NCBI GenBank assembly: GCA_963775425.1 | Contig: CAVZJB010000005.1 | Coordinates: 320,001 to 384,000 of the forward strand | Direction: 5' to 3' | Source: an uncultured delta proteobacterium | GTDB taxonomy: Bacteria; Myxococcota; UBA727; VGSZ01 | DNA length: 64,000 nucleotides | Shown here: one piece after another, positions 37,594 to 46,954 of the stretch | Layout: each line of letters opens with the position of its first letter | How positions within the stretch are numbered: the stretch's first letter is position 1 | Notes under the pieces: model-generated | What the model was told of the DNA's origin: nothing | Database searches by the model: none | Seen by the model: only the letters and a program-made list of their open reading frames with translations | Made by a program: the position numbers and the translations under genes

Positions 37594-38019
37594 ATGCACG
37601 ACATCCGCCTCGCCCGACAAGACGACGAGATCGCCGCGACGTTCGCCGTGATGCACCAACTGCGCACGCATCTCGTCGAGAGCGACTACGTCGCGCTGGT
37701 GCGTAAGCTCCAGGCACAAGGGTACTTGTTGGCCTACGTGGACGACGGCGAGCGCGTGGTGGCCGCCGCCGGTTTCAAGCTCGGCGCCTCGCTCGCCTGG
37801 GGCGACTACGTCTATATCGACGACCTCGTCACCGACACCCGCGCGCGCTCGGCCGGGCACGGTGCGCGGCTGATGGCATGGGTCGCCGATTACGGCCGCC
37901 AACGCGGCTGCACCGAGCTCCACCTGGACTCCGGGGTGCAACGCTTCGCCGCGCACCGCTTCTATCTGCGCGAGCGCATGGACATCACCTGCCATCACTT
38001 CTGTCTACGCATCGCGTAG
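37594..38019 (+). CDS. GNAT family N-acetyltransferase
   Basis: YIDDLVTDTRARSAGHG (acetyl-CoA-binding motif A), HLDSGVQRFAAHRFY. Confidence 0.92.
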   Translation: MHDIRLARQDDEIAATFAVMHQLRTHLVESDYVALVRKLQAQGYLLAYVDDGERVVAAAGFKLGASLAWGDYVYIDDLVTDTRARSAGHGARLMAWVADYGRQRGCTELHLDSGVQRFAAHRFYLRERMDITCHHFCLRIA

Positions 38020-38037
38020 GAAATGAGACTTCGCGGG

Positions 38038-38679
38038 TCAGCGCACCGGACCGGCGGGCACCGCGAGCGGGGCGCCAGACGCGGCCACGGCGCGCGCGAC
38101 GTCGGGCGGCAGCGCTCGCCGGCGGGGCGCCGGGGGCGCGTCGAGCAGCGCGCGGGCGAGCTCGGCGGCGGCCTCGAGGGCGCCGATGGGCACGCGATCG
38201 CTGGCGGCGACGTCGACGAGGAGGCGGCCGTCGGCGAGCTGGACGGCGAGCGCGCCGTGCGCGTCGAAGAGCGCGTCGACGGCGGCGCGCACGCGGGTCC
38301 GCGCACCGCTGCCGGCGGGAGCGTCGCCGCGCTCGCCGTCGGGGTGGCCCGGGCGCGCGAGGTCGAGGGGGAGCGCTTCGGGGCCGCGCGCGAGCGCGGC
38401 GCGGTAGATGAGGAGGCGGGGGGAGCGGTCGGCGCGCTCGATCCGTCCGCGGATCTCCCAGGTCGGCACCTCGTCGCCGCCGAGGCAGAGGCGGCCGCGC
38501 ACGAGCTCGAGCCGGGCCACGCCGTCGTCGAAGCGGGCGCACGGGTGCGCGAAGGGAAGGCCCGCCGTCGACGACCGCAGGCGCGGATCTCCGGCGAACG
38601 GCCTGCGCGCTGACCGGCCCGCGAGCGCCGCGAACACGGCGACGATGGTTCCGAAGATGATCGTGGCGGCGAGCCCCAT
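38038..38679 (-). CDS. Hypothetical membrane-anchored protein
   Basis: ATG start with N-terminal TM helix; fills the gap between convergent genes. Confidence 0.55.
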   Translation of the reverse strand: MGLAATIIFGTIVAVFAALAGRSARRPFAGDPRLRSSTAGLPFAHPCARFDDGVARLELVRGRLCLGGDEVPTWEIRGRIERADRSPRLLIYRAALARGPEALPLDLARPGHPDGERGDAPAGSGARTRVRAAVDALFDAHGALAVQLADGRLLVDVAASDRVPIGALEAAAELARALLDAPPAPRRRALPPDVARAVAASGAPLAVPAGPVR

Positions 38680-38790
38680 GCCGCCGATCCTAGCGTCCCG
38701 CCACGTCGCCGACGCGCCCGACGCGCGCGGACGACGCCGGCGCTCGCGCGCGTAGACATCTCGTCTCCGCGGGGAACGCCGCTGCGCCGC

Positions 38791-39747
38791 TCAACGCAGC
38801 GCGAGGACGCTCCGGGCGACGCCTTCGGCGTCGAGGCCGTGCTTTTTGTAGAGCGCCTTGGGGTCGCCGGACTCGCCGAAGACGTCCTGCACGCCGAGGC
38901 GCAGCAGGCGCGCCGGCGTCCGCGACGTCAACGACTCGGCCACCGCCCCGCCGAGGCCGCCGAGCACGTTGTGGTCCTCCACCGTCACCAGGCCGAGCTT
39001 GCACTCCCGGGCCGCCTTCTCGATGGCGTCGTCGTCCACGGGCTTGATGGTCGACGCGTTCAAGACGCGGGCCGACACGCCCTGCTTGGCGAGCAGCGCC
39101 GCCGCATCGACGGCGCCGCCGACGCAGCCTCCGGTCGCGAGGATGGCGACGTCGGTGCCCTCGAGGAGCGTGGGGAACCTTCCCGGCACGAAGCGGTAGC
39201 CCTCGGGGTGCACCCGCGGCACGTCCTGCCGCGTGAGCCGCAGGTACGCCGGGCGCGGATCCGTCGCGAGGTGGTCCACCATCTGCGCGGTCTCGACGTC
39301 GTCGGCCGGCTGCAACACCAACATGGTGGGCAGCGAGCGCATCAGCGCCAGGTCCTCGAGGCCTTGCTGCGAGTAGCCGTCGGGGCCGATGCCGACGCCG
39401 GCGTGCGTGCCGACGATGCGCACGCGCGCCTGCGAGTACGCCACGCTCATCTTGATCTGGTCGAAGCGCCCCGTGATGAAGCAGGCGAACGAGCAGCAAA
39501 ACGGCGTGTAGCCCGAGAGCGCGAGCCCGGACGCGGTGCCGAGCATGTTCGCCTCCTGGATGCCCATCTCGAAGAAGCGATCGGGGTGGGCCTTGGCGAA
39601 CACCACGGACATCGTGGACTTGCTGAGGTCGGCGTCGAGCACCACGACCTTGTCGTCGCGATCGCCGAGCGCCTTGAGGGCTTCGCCGAACGCCTTGCGC
39701 GTGGCCATGGGCTTGACGACGTCGACGGCTGCGGTGGGGTGGTTCAT
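38791..39747 (-). CDS. Transketolase, C-terminal subunit (pyrimidine-binding and C domains)
   Basis: ATRKAFG, LDADLSKST, EMGIQEANM, GIGPDGYS, YLRL, EDHNVLGGLG, FGESG. Confidence 0.95.
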   Translation of the reverse strand: MNHPTAAVDVVKPMATRKAFGEALKALGDRDDKVVVLDADLSKSTMSVVFAKAHPDRFFEMGIQEANMLGTASGLALSGYTPFCCSFACFITGRFDQIKMSVAYSQARVRIVGTHAGVGIGPDGYSQQGLEDLALMRSLPTMLVLQPADDVETAQMVDHLATDPRPAYLRLTRQDVPRVHPEGYRFVPGRFPTLLEGTDVAILATGGCVGGAVDAAALLAKQGVSARVLNASTIKPVDDDAIEKAARECKLGLVTVEDHNVLGGLGGAVAESLTSRTPARLLRLGVQDVFGESGDPKALYKKHGLDAEGVARSVLALR

Positions 39748-40592
39748 GCGAGCTCCTTCATGGCGCGCTCGTACTCGTCTTTGTTCGGCGCCTTGCCGTG
39801 CCAGCCGACGGTGTCCTTCTCGAAGAAGCTCACGCCCTTGCCCTTGATGGTGTGGGAGAGCACCACCGTAGGCCTGGCGGTCTCCGCGCGCGCGGCCGCG
39901 CACGCCGAGCGAATCTCGTCGACGGAGTGGCCGTCGATGGTCAGCACGTTCCAGCCGAACGCGCGCCACTTTTCGGCCAGCGGCTCGAGGGGCATGACGT
40001 CGGAGACCAGGCCGTCGATCTGTCCGTTGTTCCAGTCCACGAACACCGTGAGGTTGGTGGCGCCGAGCTTGGGCGCCGACAGCGCCGCCTCCCACACCTG
40101 CCCCTCCTGCAGCTCGCCGTCTCCGGTGACGACGTAGCAGCGCCAGGCCGGGCCCTTGTCGCCGCCGGTCGACGCGGCGCCGCCGAGCTTGCCGGCGAGC
40201 GCGATGCCCTGCGCCACGCTCAGGCCCTGCCCGAGGGAGCCTGTGGACGCCTCGATGCCGGGGAGGAGCGCGTTGGCGGGGTGTCCCTGCAGGGGCGAGC
40301 CCAGCTCCCGCAGCGTGCTCAGATCGGACAGCGGGAAGTAGCCGCGCTCGGCCATCACCGCGTACAGCGCGGGGACGCCGTGGCCCTTGGAGAGCACGAA
40401 GCGATCGCGCTCGGGCCACGAGGGGTTCTTCGCATCGAAGCGCATCTCGCCCGAATAGAGGGTGAGGATGATCTCGAGGGCGGAGAAGCTCCCGCCGGGG
40501 TGGCCGCTGCCGGCCTTGGTGATGGCCTCGAGGATGTGGCGCCGGAGCTTCTTGGCGGTCTCCCGGAGCTCGTCCACGCTGATTTGCTGCAT
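39744..40592 (-). CDS. Transketolase, N-terminal TPP-binding subunit
   Basis: SGHPGG, RDRFVLSKGH, LQGHP, TGSLGQG, GDGELQEG, TIKGKG, WHG. Confidence 0.95.
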   Translation of the reverse strand: MQQISVDELRETAKKLRRHILEAITKAGSGHPGGSFSALEIILTLYSGEMRFDAKNPSWPERDRFVLSKGHGVPALYAVMAERGYFPLSDLSTLRELGSPLQGHPANALLPGIEASTGSLGQGLSVAQGIALAGKLGGAASTGGDKGPAWRCYVVTGDGELQEGQVWEAALSAPKLGATNLTVFVDWNNGQIDGLVSDVMPLEPLAEKWRAFGWNVLTIDGHSVDEIRSACAAARAETARPTVVLSHTIKGKGVSFFEKDTVGWHGKAPNKDEYERAMKELA

Positions 40593-40647
40593 GCCCCCGC
40601 TTATGTTCCCGGTGCGTCGACGACAAGAGGTGGCGTAGCTTCCGCCC

Positions 40648-42624
40648 ATGGAAAACGGTTCGCCCGAGGCATCGCTCCTCGCGAAGAGCCCCGCGCCCGC
40701 GGCGCGCGGCGTGTTCCGCTTCATCGATCGGCTGCTGCCGGCGGTGGTGCGGACCACGGCCGACGAGCTGCGGCGCGGTCGCATCTTCCTGGCCATCTGG
40801 GGGCTGTTGTCCCTGGCGGCGTGGTTCTTCGCGTGGGCCATCCTCAACGACGGGGCCACGTCCGGCGTCCCCGCAAACGCCGTCGTCCTCATCATCGGCG
40901 GCGCGCTCGCCACGATCATCCTCCCCATGGCGCACTGGCTCGAGAGCGTCCGCCGCGCAGGCGCCGTGCTCACCGTGGAGTTCGTCGCCGTCGTGCTCTT
41001 CCTCGGCTGGACGGGCAGCGGTCCCGGCGACGCCTCGCAGTGGTTCCTGATGCTCGCGCCCCTCGTCGGCGCGTTTCTGGTCGGCACGCGCGCGGGCCTC
41101 GTGGCCGCCGGCGTGTCCATCGTGGGCACGTTCGGCCTCTACGTCGCCAAGGACGTGCTCCAACTGCCGTTCGGCGTGCGCGACGCCACCGCCGACTGGT
41201 TCGACGCCATGGGAGGCGCGTTCGTCATCGGCATCGCCGCCGTCATCGCCTTCGCGTGGGAGGCGGCGCAGCGTGACAGCTTGACCCGCGTCGCCGAGGC
41301 CCTGCAGGAGCTGCGCGGCAAGAACAGCGAGCTCGAGGCGTTGGCGCAGCGGTTCGCCGAGGCGCGGGATCGTGCCGTCGAGGAGAACCAGCGCAAGGGC
41401 GTGTTCCTCGAGAGCATGCGCACCTTCTCGGAGCAGCAAGGCCACGCGCTCGAGCGCACGCGCCTGGCCACCGCGCAGCTCGCCGACACCATTCGCGCCA
41501 TCTCGACGTCGGTGGAGACGCTGGCGGCGTCGAGCCAGGCCTCGGACACCACCGTCTCCGACATGGCGGAGAGCGCGTCGCGGGTGTCGCAGACGGCGCA
41601 GTCGCTGGTGGCCGGCGTCGAAGAGGCGGACCGGGCGCTCGCGGGGCTGACGGCGGCGGTGGCGTCGGTGCAGGCGCAGTACGACGACCTGCGGCGCGGC
41701 GCCGAGAGCACGGCGGCGGCCATGCTCGAGATGGAGCGGTCGGTGTCGCTCGTGGAGCAGCGCGCGGTGCGTACGGTGGAGCTGTCAGACGCCATGATCC
41801 GCGACGCCGAGCGTGGGCGCGAGGCGGTGCGGCGCACCATCGCCGGCGTCGACGACATCCGGGCGAACGCGCGCCTCGCGGGCGAGGTGATCCGCACGCT
41901 CGACGGCCGCGTCGCCGCCATCAGCGCCATCAACAGCGTCATCGACGAGGTGGCGGTGGAGACCAACGTGCTTGCGCTCAACGCGTCCATCATCGCGGCG
42001 CAGGCGGGGGAGCGCGGACAGGGCTTCGCCGTCGTCGCGGACCAGATGCGCTCGCTCGCGGCGCGCACCGCGCTGTCCACGCGCGAGATCTCCCTGGTCA
42101 TCCGCGCGGTGCAGTCGGAGGCAAAAAACGCCGTCGACGCCATCCAGAAGGGTGAGCGCGCCGTCGACCAGGGCGTCACGTTGTCCGAAGACGCCGCCGG
42201 CGCCCTCGAGCAGATCGTGTCCTCGGCGCGCCAGGCCACCGAAGAGGTCCGCGGCATCGAGCAGGCGACGATGGAGCAGGCCAAGCGCGCCCGCGACGTC
42301 GGGGGGGCGATGGGGGAGGTCACGCGCCTCGTCTCCGACGCCAGCGCGGCCACCTCCGAGCACGGGCGCTCGGCGCGCCTCATCGAGGCCACCATGCAGC
42401 GCCTGCGCGCGGCCGCGCCCGACCTCGAGCAGCGCAGCCGCCAGCAGGCCGACGGCGCACGCCTCGCGCGCGCGGCGCTCGCAAAGATCTCGGAGATGGC
42501 CAGGCGCCTGTCCACGGTGCAGAGCGACCAGACCCGCTCGAGCGCGCAGACACTGCGCGCCGTCGAGGAGATCCAGCGCGCGCAGCGCGGCCAGGACGAG
42601 GCCATGCGCCAGCTCTCGGAGTAG
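40648..42624 (+). CDS. Methyl-accepting chemotaxis protein with multi-TM N-terminal sensor
   Basis: About 5-6 TM helices, then ETNVLALNASIIAAQAGERGQGFAVVADQMRSLA signalling hairpin. Confidence 0.93.
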   Translation: MENGSPEASLLAKSPAPAARGVFRFIDRLLPAVVRTTADELRRGRIFLAIWGLLSLAAWFFAWAILNDGATSGVPANAVVLIIGGALATIILPMAHWLESVRRAGAVLTVEFVAVVLFLGWTGSGPGDASQWFLMLAPLVGAFLVGTRAGLVAAGVSIVGTFGLYVAKDVLQLPFGVRDATADWFDAMGGAFVIGIAAVIAFAWEAAQRDSLTRVAEALQELRGKNSELEALAQRFAEARDRAVEENQRKGVFLESMRTFSEQQGHALERTRLATAQLADTIRAISTSVETLAASSQASDTTVSDMAESASRVSQTAQSLVAGVEEADRALAGLTAAVASVQAQYDDLRRGAESTAAAMLEMERSVSLVEQRAVRTVELSDAMIRDAERGREAVRRTIAGVDDIRANARLAGEVIRTLDGRVAAISAINSVIDEVAVETNVLALNASIIAAQAGERGQGFAVVADQMRSLAARTALSTREISLVIRAVQSEAKNAVDAIQKGERAVDQGVTLSEDAAGALEQIVSSARQATEEVRGIEQATMEQAKRARDVGGAMGEVTRLVSDASAATSEHGRSARLIEATMQRLRAAAPDLEQRSRQQADGARLARAALAKISEMARRLSTVQSDQTRSSAQTLRAVEEIQRAQRGQDEAMRQLSE

Positions 42625-42664
42625 TCCGCCACGGGCGCTTCGCGGCCGGCCTGGTATCCTTCCC

Positions 42665-43268
42665 GTGGTGCGCGCGCTCATCGTCGCCGCCGGGGCCGTC
42701 GTCGCCTGTGCAGGGTGCCCACCCACCGGACCGATCTCCGACGGCGGCCACTATCAGCTCGTCGGCAGCGGCCTCGTCACCTCCGACGGCGCGCTGCCCG
42801 CGGCGTGGGACCACGAGCCCGTCCTCGTCGGGACGCGCGCCTGTCCGGCGCCGGCATGCCTCGACGACGCGTGCGCGCCGCCGTCGACCGACGCCGAGGG
42901 CTTCAGCGCCGGCTGCGTCAGCGCCGCCGCCTCGGGCGCGCTCGTCGACGACGACGGCTGCCTCTCGTTCGCCTCCGCGGGCGAAGGGAGCTGGTCGCTC
43001 GTCCCCACGAGCACCTGCGCCGTGCCCGCTCGCAGCCGAGCAGCCGGGCTCGGGGGGCGGTCTGCCGTCGACGCTGTCCGCCGCCGACGCCTCCTTCGTC
43101 CCGAACGCGCCGTGTCCGCCGCGCGCGTCGGCGCCGCCACCGGCGCAGGCCGCTCCCGCCGGCGGAGGGTGCTCGTGCGGCGCCGGCGACGCCGCCCCCA
43201 CCGCGGCGCTCTTCGGGCTCGCCGGCGTCCTCGCCGCGTGTCGCCGTCGCTGGCGCCGGCGCGCGTGA
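42665..43268 (+). pseudogene. Frameshifted/internally deleted lipoprotein with MYXO-CTERM-type tail
   Basis: Lipoprotein signal (VVACAGC) and Cys-rich region lie in one frame. The GGCSC...LFGLAGVLAACRRRWRRR tail lies in another frame; junction near 43020-43030. Confidence 0.6.
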
Positions 43269-43299
43269 CCCTTCCCGGGCGCGCAGCTACATTCGCCGC

Positions 43300-43890
43300 G
43301 TGACGTTCTTCAAGACCACGCGCCGGCGTGTGATCGCGTTCGGAGCCGCGGGGGCGGCTGCGCTCGCGGCGGGCGAGGCGTTGCGTTGGTTCGCGTTCGG
43401 CTACGACCTCCACGGCGACGACCCTCCTGTGGCGCTGTCGAGTAAGGAGCTCGTCGTCGTGCGGGCCATCGTCGAAGCCCTCTGCCCGCCCGACGGTGAC
43501 TTCCCGTCGGGCGTCGCGCTGCGCGTGCCGTACAGCATCGACGAAGAGGTCTATTCGCAGACGCCGGAGCTGCGGAGCGACATGAAGGCGGCCATCGAGG
43601 TCATCGAGCACGCGCCCCCGCTCGTCGGTGTCCCGCACCGCCTGAGCGCGCTCCCGCCCGACAAGCGCGCGGAGGTCTTTCAGCGGCTCTTGCAGAAGGG
43701 GCCCGACGTCATCGTGCAGGCGGGGGTGGCGCTCAAGGAGATGACGTCTCTGTACGCCTACGGCTCCGAGGCGACGTGGTCCGCCATCGGCTACGACGGC
43801 CCCTGGGTGAAGACCGTGGTGCCGCCGCCGTCGCACGCGCGCTACGCCGCGGCCGCGGCCGCCGCCGCCGCCAAGGGGAGGAGGGCGTGA
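43300..43890 (+). CDS. Tat-exported gluconate-2-dehydrogenase subunit-3-like partner of the GMC oxidoreductase
   Basis: TRRRVIAFG twin-arginine signal; C-terminal WSAIGYDGP; overlaps the GMC start. Confidence 0.8.
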   Translation: MTFFKTTRRRVIAFGAAGAAALAAGEALRWFAFGYDLHGDDPPVALSSKELVVVRAIVEALCPPDGDFPSGVALRVPYSIDEEVYSQTPELRSDMKAAIEVIEHAPPLVGVPHRLSALPPDKRAEVFQRLLQKGPDVIVQAGVALKEMTSLYAYGSEATWSAIGYDGPWVKTVVPPPSHARYAAAAAAAAAKGRRA

Positions 43891-45470
43891 GCCTCTCCGA
43901 CGAGCTCGCCGTCACCCAGGGCAAGGACGTCACCGCTGATCGCACGGAGACCGCTGACGTCTGCGTCATCGGCTCCGGCTGCGGCGGCGCGTCGCTGGCC
44001 AACCGGCTGGCCGCGCAGGGCAAGAGCGTGGTCGTCGTCGAGCGCGGGGGCTTCTACTCGGCCAAGGACTTCGATCAGCGCGAGGTCCACATGCTCGCCA
44101 AGATCGACGGCGCCCGCGGCCTCGACACCTCCGACGACGGCGGCGCCTCCTTCACCTACGGCAACAACGTCGGCGGCGCGTCGGTGCACTACTGGGCCGA
44201 CAGCTATCGCACCCCGCCGGACCGTTTGAAGCTGTGGGCGGAGCGCTTCGGCATCGAGGGTCACGACGAGGAGACGCTGCGGCCGTCCTTCGACGAGATC
44301 GAGCGCGACCTCAACGTGCACGAGGCGGACGACGCCCACGTGAACACCATGAACCGGCTCGTCCACGACGCCGCCACCGCGCTCGGCTGGGCGGTGGAGC
44401 GCGTGCCCCAGGCGCGCCGCGGCTGCCCGGGATCCGGGCACTGCATGCAGGGCTGCGCGTACGACGCCAAGCAGTCGCAGCTCGTCACGTACATCCCCGC
44501 GGCGCTCTCCCGCGGGGCCAAGCTGTTCTCCGACGCCCGCGCCGTGGAGCTCGTGAGCGACGCGCCCGGCGTGCAGGGCACGGTGCGCGCGCTGCGTTGC
44601 CGCATCGTCGACCGCGCGAGCGGCCGCGACGCCGGGCCGACGCTCACGGTGAAGGCCAAGGCGTTCGTCGTCGCCGCCGGCGGCTACGGCACGCCGGAAT
44701 TCCTCTTGCGCCAGAGGGGCCTCAAGGACCGCCTGCCGCACCTGGGCGAGCACTTCTTCTGCAACCCCTGCGCGCAGGTGCACGGGGTGTTCCCTGAGGA
44801 GATCGTGCAGTGGCGCAACATCCCCGCGGCGTGGGGCGTCACGCACTTCCGCCTCGCGAGGGAGCAGGCCGGCGCGTACGTCGAGGGCGGCTACCTCTTG
44901 ATGGCGAACCAGCTCCACCCGGCAGTGCTGAGCGCGTGCCTGCTCGTCGACGGCAAGCGCCAGCGCGAGATCATGCTCCGCTACCGGAACCTCGGCGGCG
45001 CCATCGCGTGGATCGACGACGCCGAGGAGGGGCGCGTGTGGATCGACGGCGCTGCGGACACCGGGCGGCGTCGCGTGCACGTGCCCCTCGGCGGCGGCAA
45101 CGGACTGCGCCTGAAGGACGCGTGGAGCAAGGGCGCGCGCATGCTGTTTGAGGCCGGGGCCACCGAGGTCTTCTTCGGCGACGTGAACGACACGCGCATG
45201 CGCGACGTCGCCGCCGTCGGCGCCGCCGTGGCGTCTTTGGACATCCGCCCGTCGCGAAACGTCTTCGCCACCCCGCACCCTGGCGGGGGCGCCCGCATGG
45301 GCAGGGACGCATCGACGAGCGTGGTGGGCTTCGACCACCGCGTCCACGGCACCGACAACCTCTATGTCTCGGACCCGAGCGTCTTCCCGACGCCGCCGAG
45401 CGTGGACCCGAGCCTCTCCATCATGGCCTTCAGCTTCGTCGCCGCCGCCGCCGTGGCCGCGCGCGTCTGA
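43887..45470 (+). CDS. GMC family FAD oxidoreductase
   Basis: VIGSGCGG, VERG, VGGAS, CPGSGHCMQGC, HPGGGARMG, NLYVSDPSVFPT. Confidence 0.93.
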   Translation: MSLSDELAVTQGKDVTADRTETADVCVIGSGCGGASLANRLAAQGKSVVVVERGGFYSAKDFDQREVHMLAKIDGARGLDTSDDGGASFTYGNNVGGASVHYWADSYRTPPDRLKLWAERFGIEGHDEETLRPSFDEIERDLNVHEADDAHVNTMNRLVHDAATALGWAVERVPQARRGCPGSGHCMQGCAYDAKQSQLVTYIPAALSRGAKLFSDARAVELVSDAPGVQGTVRALRCRIVDRASGRDAGPTLTVKAKAFVVAAGGYGTPEFLLRQRGLKDRLPHLGEHFFCNPCAQVHGVFPEEIVQWRNIPAAWGVTHFRLAREQAGAYVEGGYLLMANQLHPAVLSACLLVDGKRQREIMLRYRNLGGAIAWIDDAEEGRVWIDGAADTGRRRVHVPLGGGNGLRLKDAWSKGARMLFEAGATEVFFGDVNDTRMRDVAAVGAAVASLDIRPSRNVFATPHPGGGARMGRDASTSVVGFDHRVHGTDNLYVSDPSVFPTPPSVDPSLSIMAFSFVAAAAVAARV

Positions 45471-45472
45471 CG

Positions 45473-46891
45473 TCAGCGGACGTAGATGGCGCCGCCGTAG
45501 ATCCAGACGTAGTCGGTGCCGTCGGCGATCTTGTCGTCGAGGAGGGTCGTGGCGTCCGCGCGCATGTCCTGGCGCAGGTGCAGCGGGAGGATGCGCACCT
45601 CGGCCCGCCAGGCGCCGGGCAGGTCGGCGACGACCTCGAGGTGGTCGCCGGTGCTCTTGCCCACTTCGACCCATCCAGAAGCGTCGTTGGTGGCGCGAAG
45701 CACGCGAAGGGTGATCACCGGCGCCTCGCGGGAGGGATCGAGGTCCTTCACCTTGGGCTTCTCGACGACGATGCGCGCGCCGACGGGCGCGGTGTCTCCC
45801 ATTTCGATGGTCGTGGAACCGTCGACGGCATAGGAGTCGAAGCCCACCGGGTACCCCATCATCTCGAACGCGCCGTAGTTGCGCCCGGCGAGGAGCGCCT
45901 CCTTCAGCGAGCGGTCATCCCAGGTGCCGTCGGCGGCCGTGCGGATGCGCAGGTGGTTCGAGAACGCGATCATCATGCGCCGGTAGCTGTCGGCCCGCTC
46001 GCCGTCCTCCATGATGGTCGTGAACGTGTTGCGATGGCAGTCGGTGCCCATGGTGGTGACGACGTGCTTTCCGCCTGCGAGCACGTTGCCCCAGCGCGTG
46101 AGGTAGCGCGGGTCCTCGGACCAGATGGACATGATGAGCAGGTCCGGGACCGGGATGGTCTTGTCGCCGTCGTTCCAGCGCAAAAGCAGGTCGAGCGCCT
46201 GGCCCGCGCCGAGGATGGTGTTGGCGTGCAGGTTGTACATCTCGAAGCCGTCGTTGGGCATGGCGGCGAGCTCGTCGACGGAGAAGTCCTCGGGGTGCGC
46301 GAGCAGCACGACGGCGCCGTGGTCGTGCAGCGTCTGCACCGCCTCTTCGGTGCGCTGGCCGTAGAGATCGCCGCGCTGGTCCGGCGGGGCGGCGTGGCCC
46401 TCGAGGCCGACGGGCATCATCCCGCCCTCGTTGCCCGCCATGATCATCGCGGTGTGGCCGTCGTCGCAGGTGATGACGTTGGCGCTGTCGATGCCGTCGT
46501 GGCTGATGAGGACGTCGCCGCGGTCCTCCCGGTACAGCAGCGCCTCGGGGAACTCGGTGGTGTCGAAGGACTCGCGGTGGTCGGTGAGGAAGGCGAAGTC
46601 GTGCTGCGACTGGCACAGCCCGCGGCGGAAGTCGTCGAAGCACACGGGATCGCGCGTGCCGTCGTCGAGGACGGGCTTGCCGTCGCAGGCGTCGTGCGAA
46701 TAGACCGAGTGCGAGTGCACGAGGCCGCGCACGTCGGCGAAGCCGCGCACGGTCGCCGTCTCCGACGGGTACACCACGCTGGGCTTCCAGACCGGGCCGG
46801 TCTTCTTGGCGGCTTCGGGGGTGCAGGCGAGGGCGCCGAGGGCCGCGAGGGCGGCGACGAGGGCGCGGGCGGAGGACGGGGACAAAGCCAT
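45473..46891 (-). CDS. PHP-like metallohydrolase lipoprotein
   Basis: Lipobox ALAC; HSHSVYSHD, LTDH, AHP and GTDCH metal-ligand motifs. Confidence 0.75.
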   Translation of the reverse strand: MALSPSSARALVAALAALGALACTPEAAKKTGPVWKPSVVYPSETATVRGFADVRGLVHSHSVYSHDACDGKPVLDDGTRDPVCFDDFRRGLCQSQHDFAFLTDHRESFDTTEFPEALLYREDRGDVLISHDGIDSANVITCDDGHTAMIMAGNEGGMMPVGLEGHAAPPDQRGDLYGQRTEEAVQTLHDHGAVVLLAHPEDFSVDELAAMPNDGFEMYNLHANTILGAGQALDLLLRWNDGDKTIPVPDLLIMSIWSEDPRYLTRWGNVLAGGKHVVTTMGTDCHRNTFTTIMEDGERADSYRRMMIAFSNHLRIRTAADGTWDDRSLKEALLAGRNYGAFEMMGYPVGFDSYAVDGSTTIEMGDTAPVGARIVVEKPKVKDLDPSREAPVITLRVLRATNDASGWVEVGKSTGDHLEVVADLPGAWRAEVRILPLHLRQDMRADATTLLDDKIADGTDYVWIYGGAIYVR

Positions 46892-46954
46892 GCGGGCCCA
46901 TAGCGCGCCCGCTCCCTGCGGGAAACGTCCCCAACCCCGACGGGCACGGGGCCG

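Noticed and set aside
32083-38019. A complete aminoglycoside (butirosin-like) cluster
   Set aside because: No 2-deoxy-scyllo-inosose synthase, aminotransferases or dehydrogenases in the window; only the BtrL-like domain and an ACP echo that pathway.
38791-40592. Split transketolase as a frameshifted pseudogene
   Set aside because: Two-subunit transketolases are a known form; both halves are intact with an ATGA overlap and an RBS.
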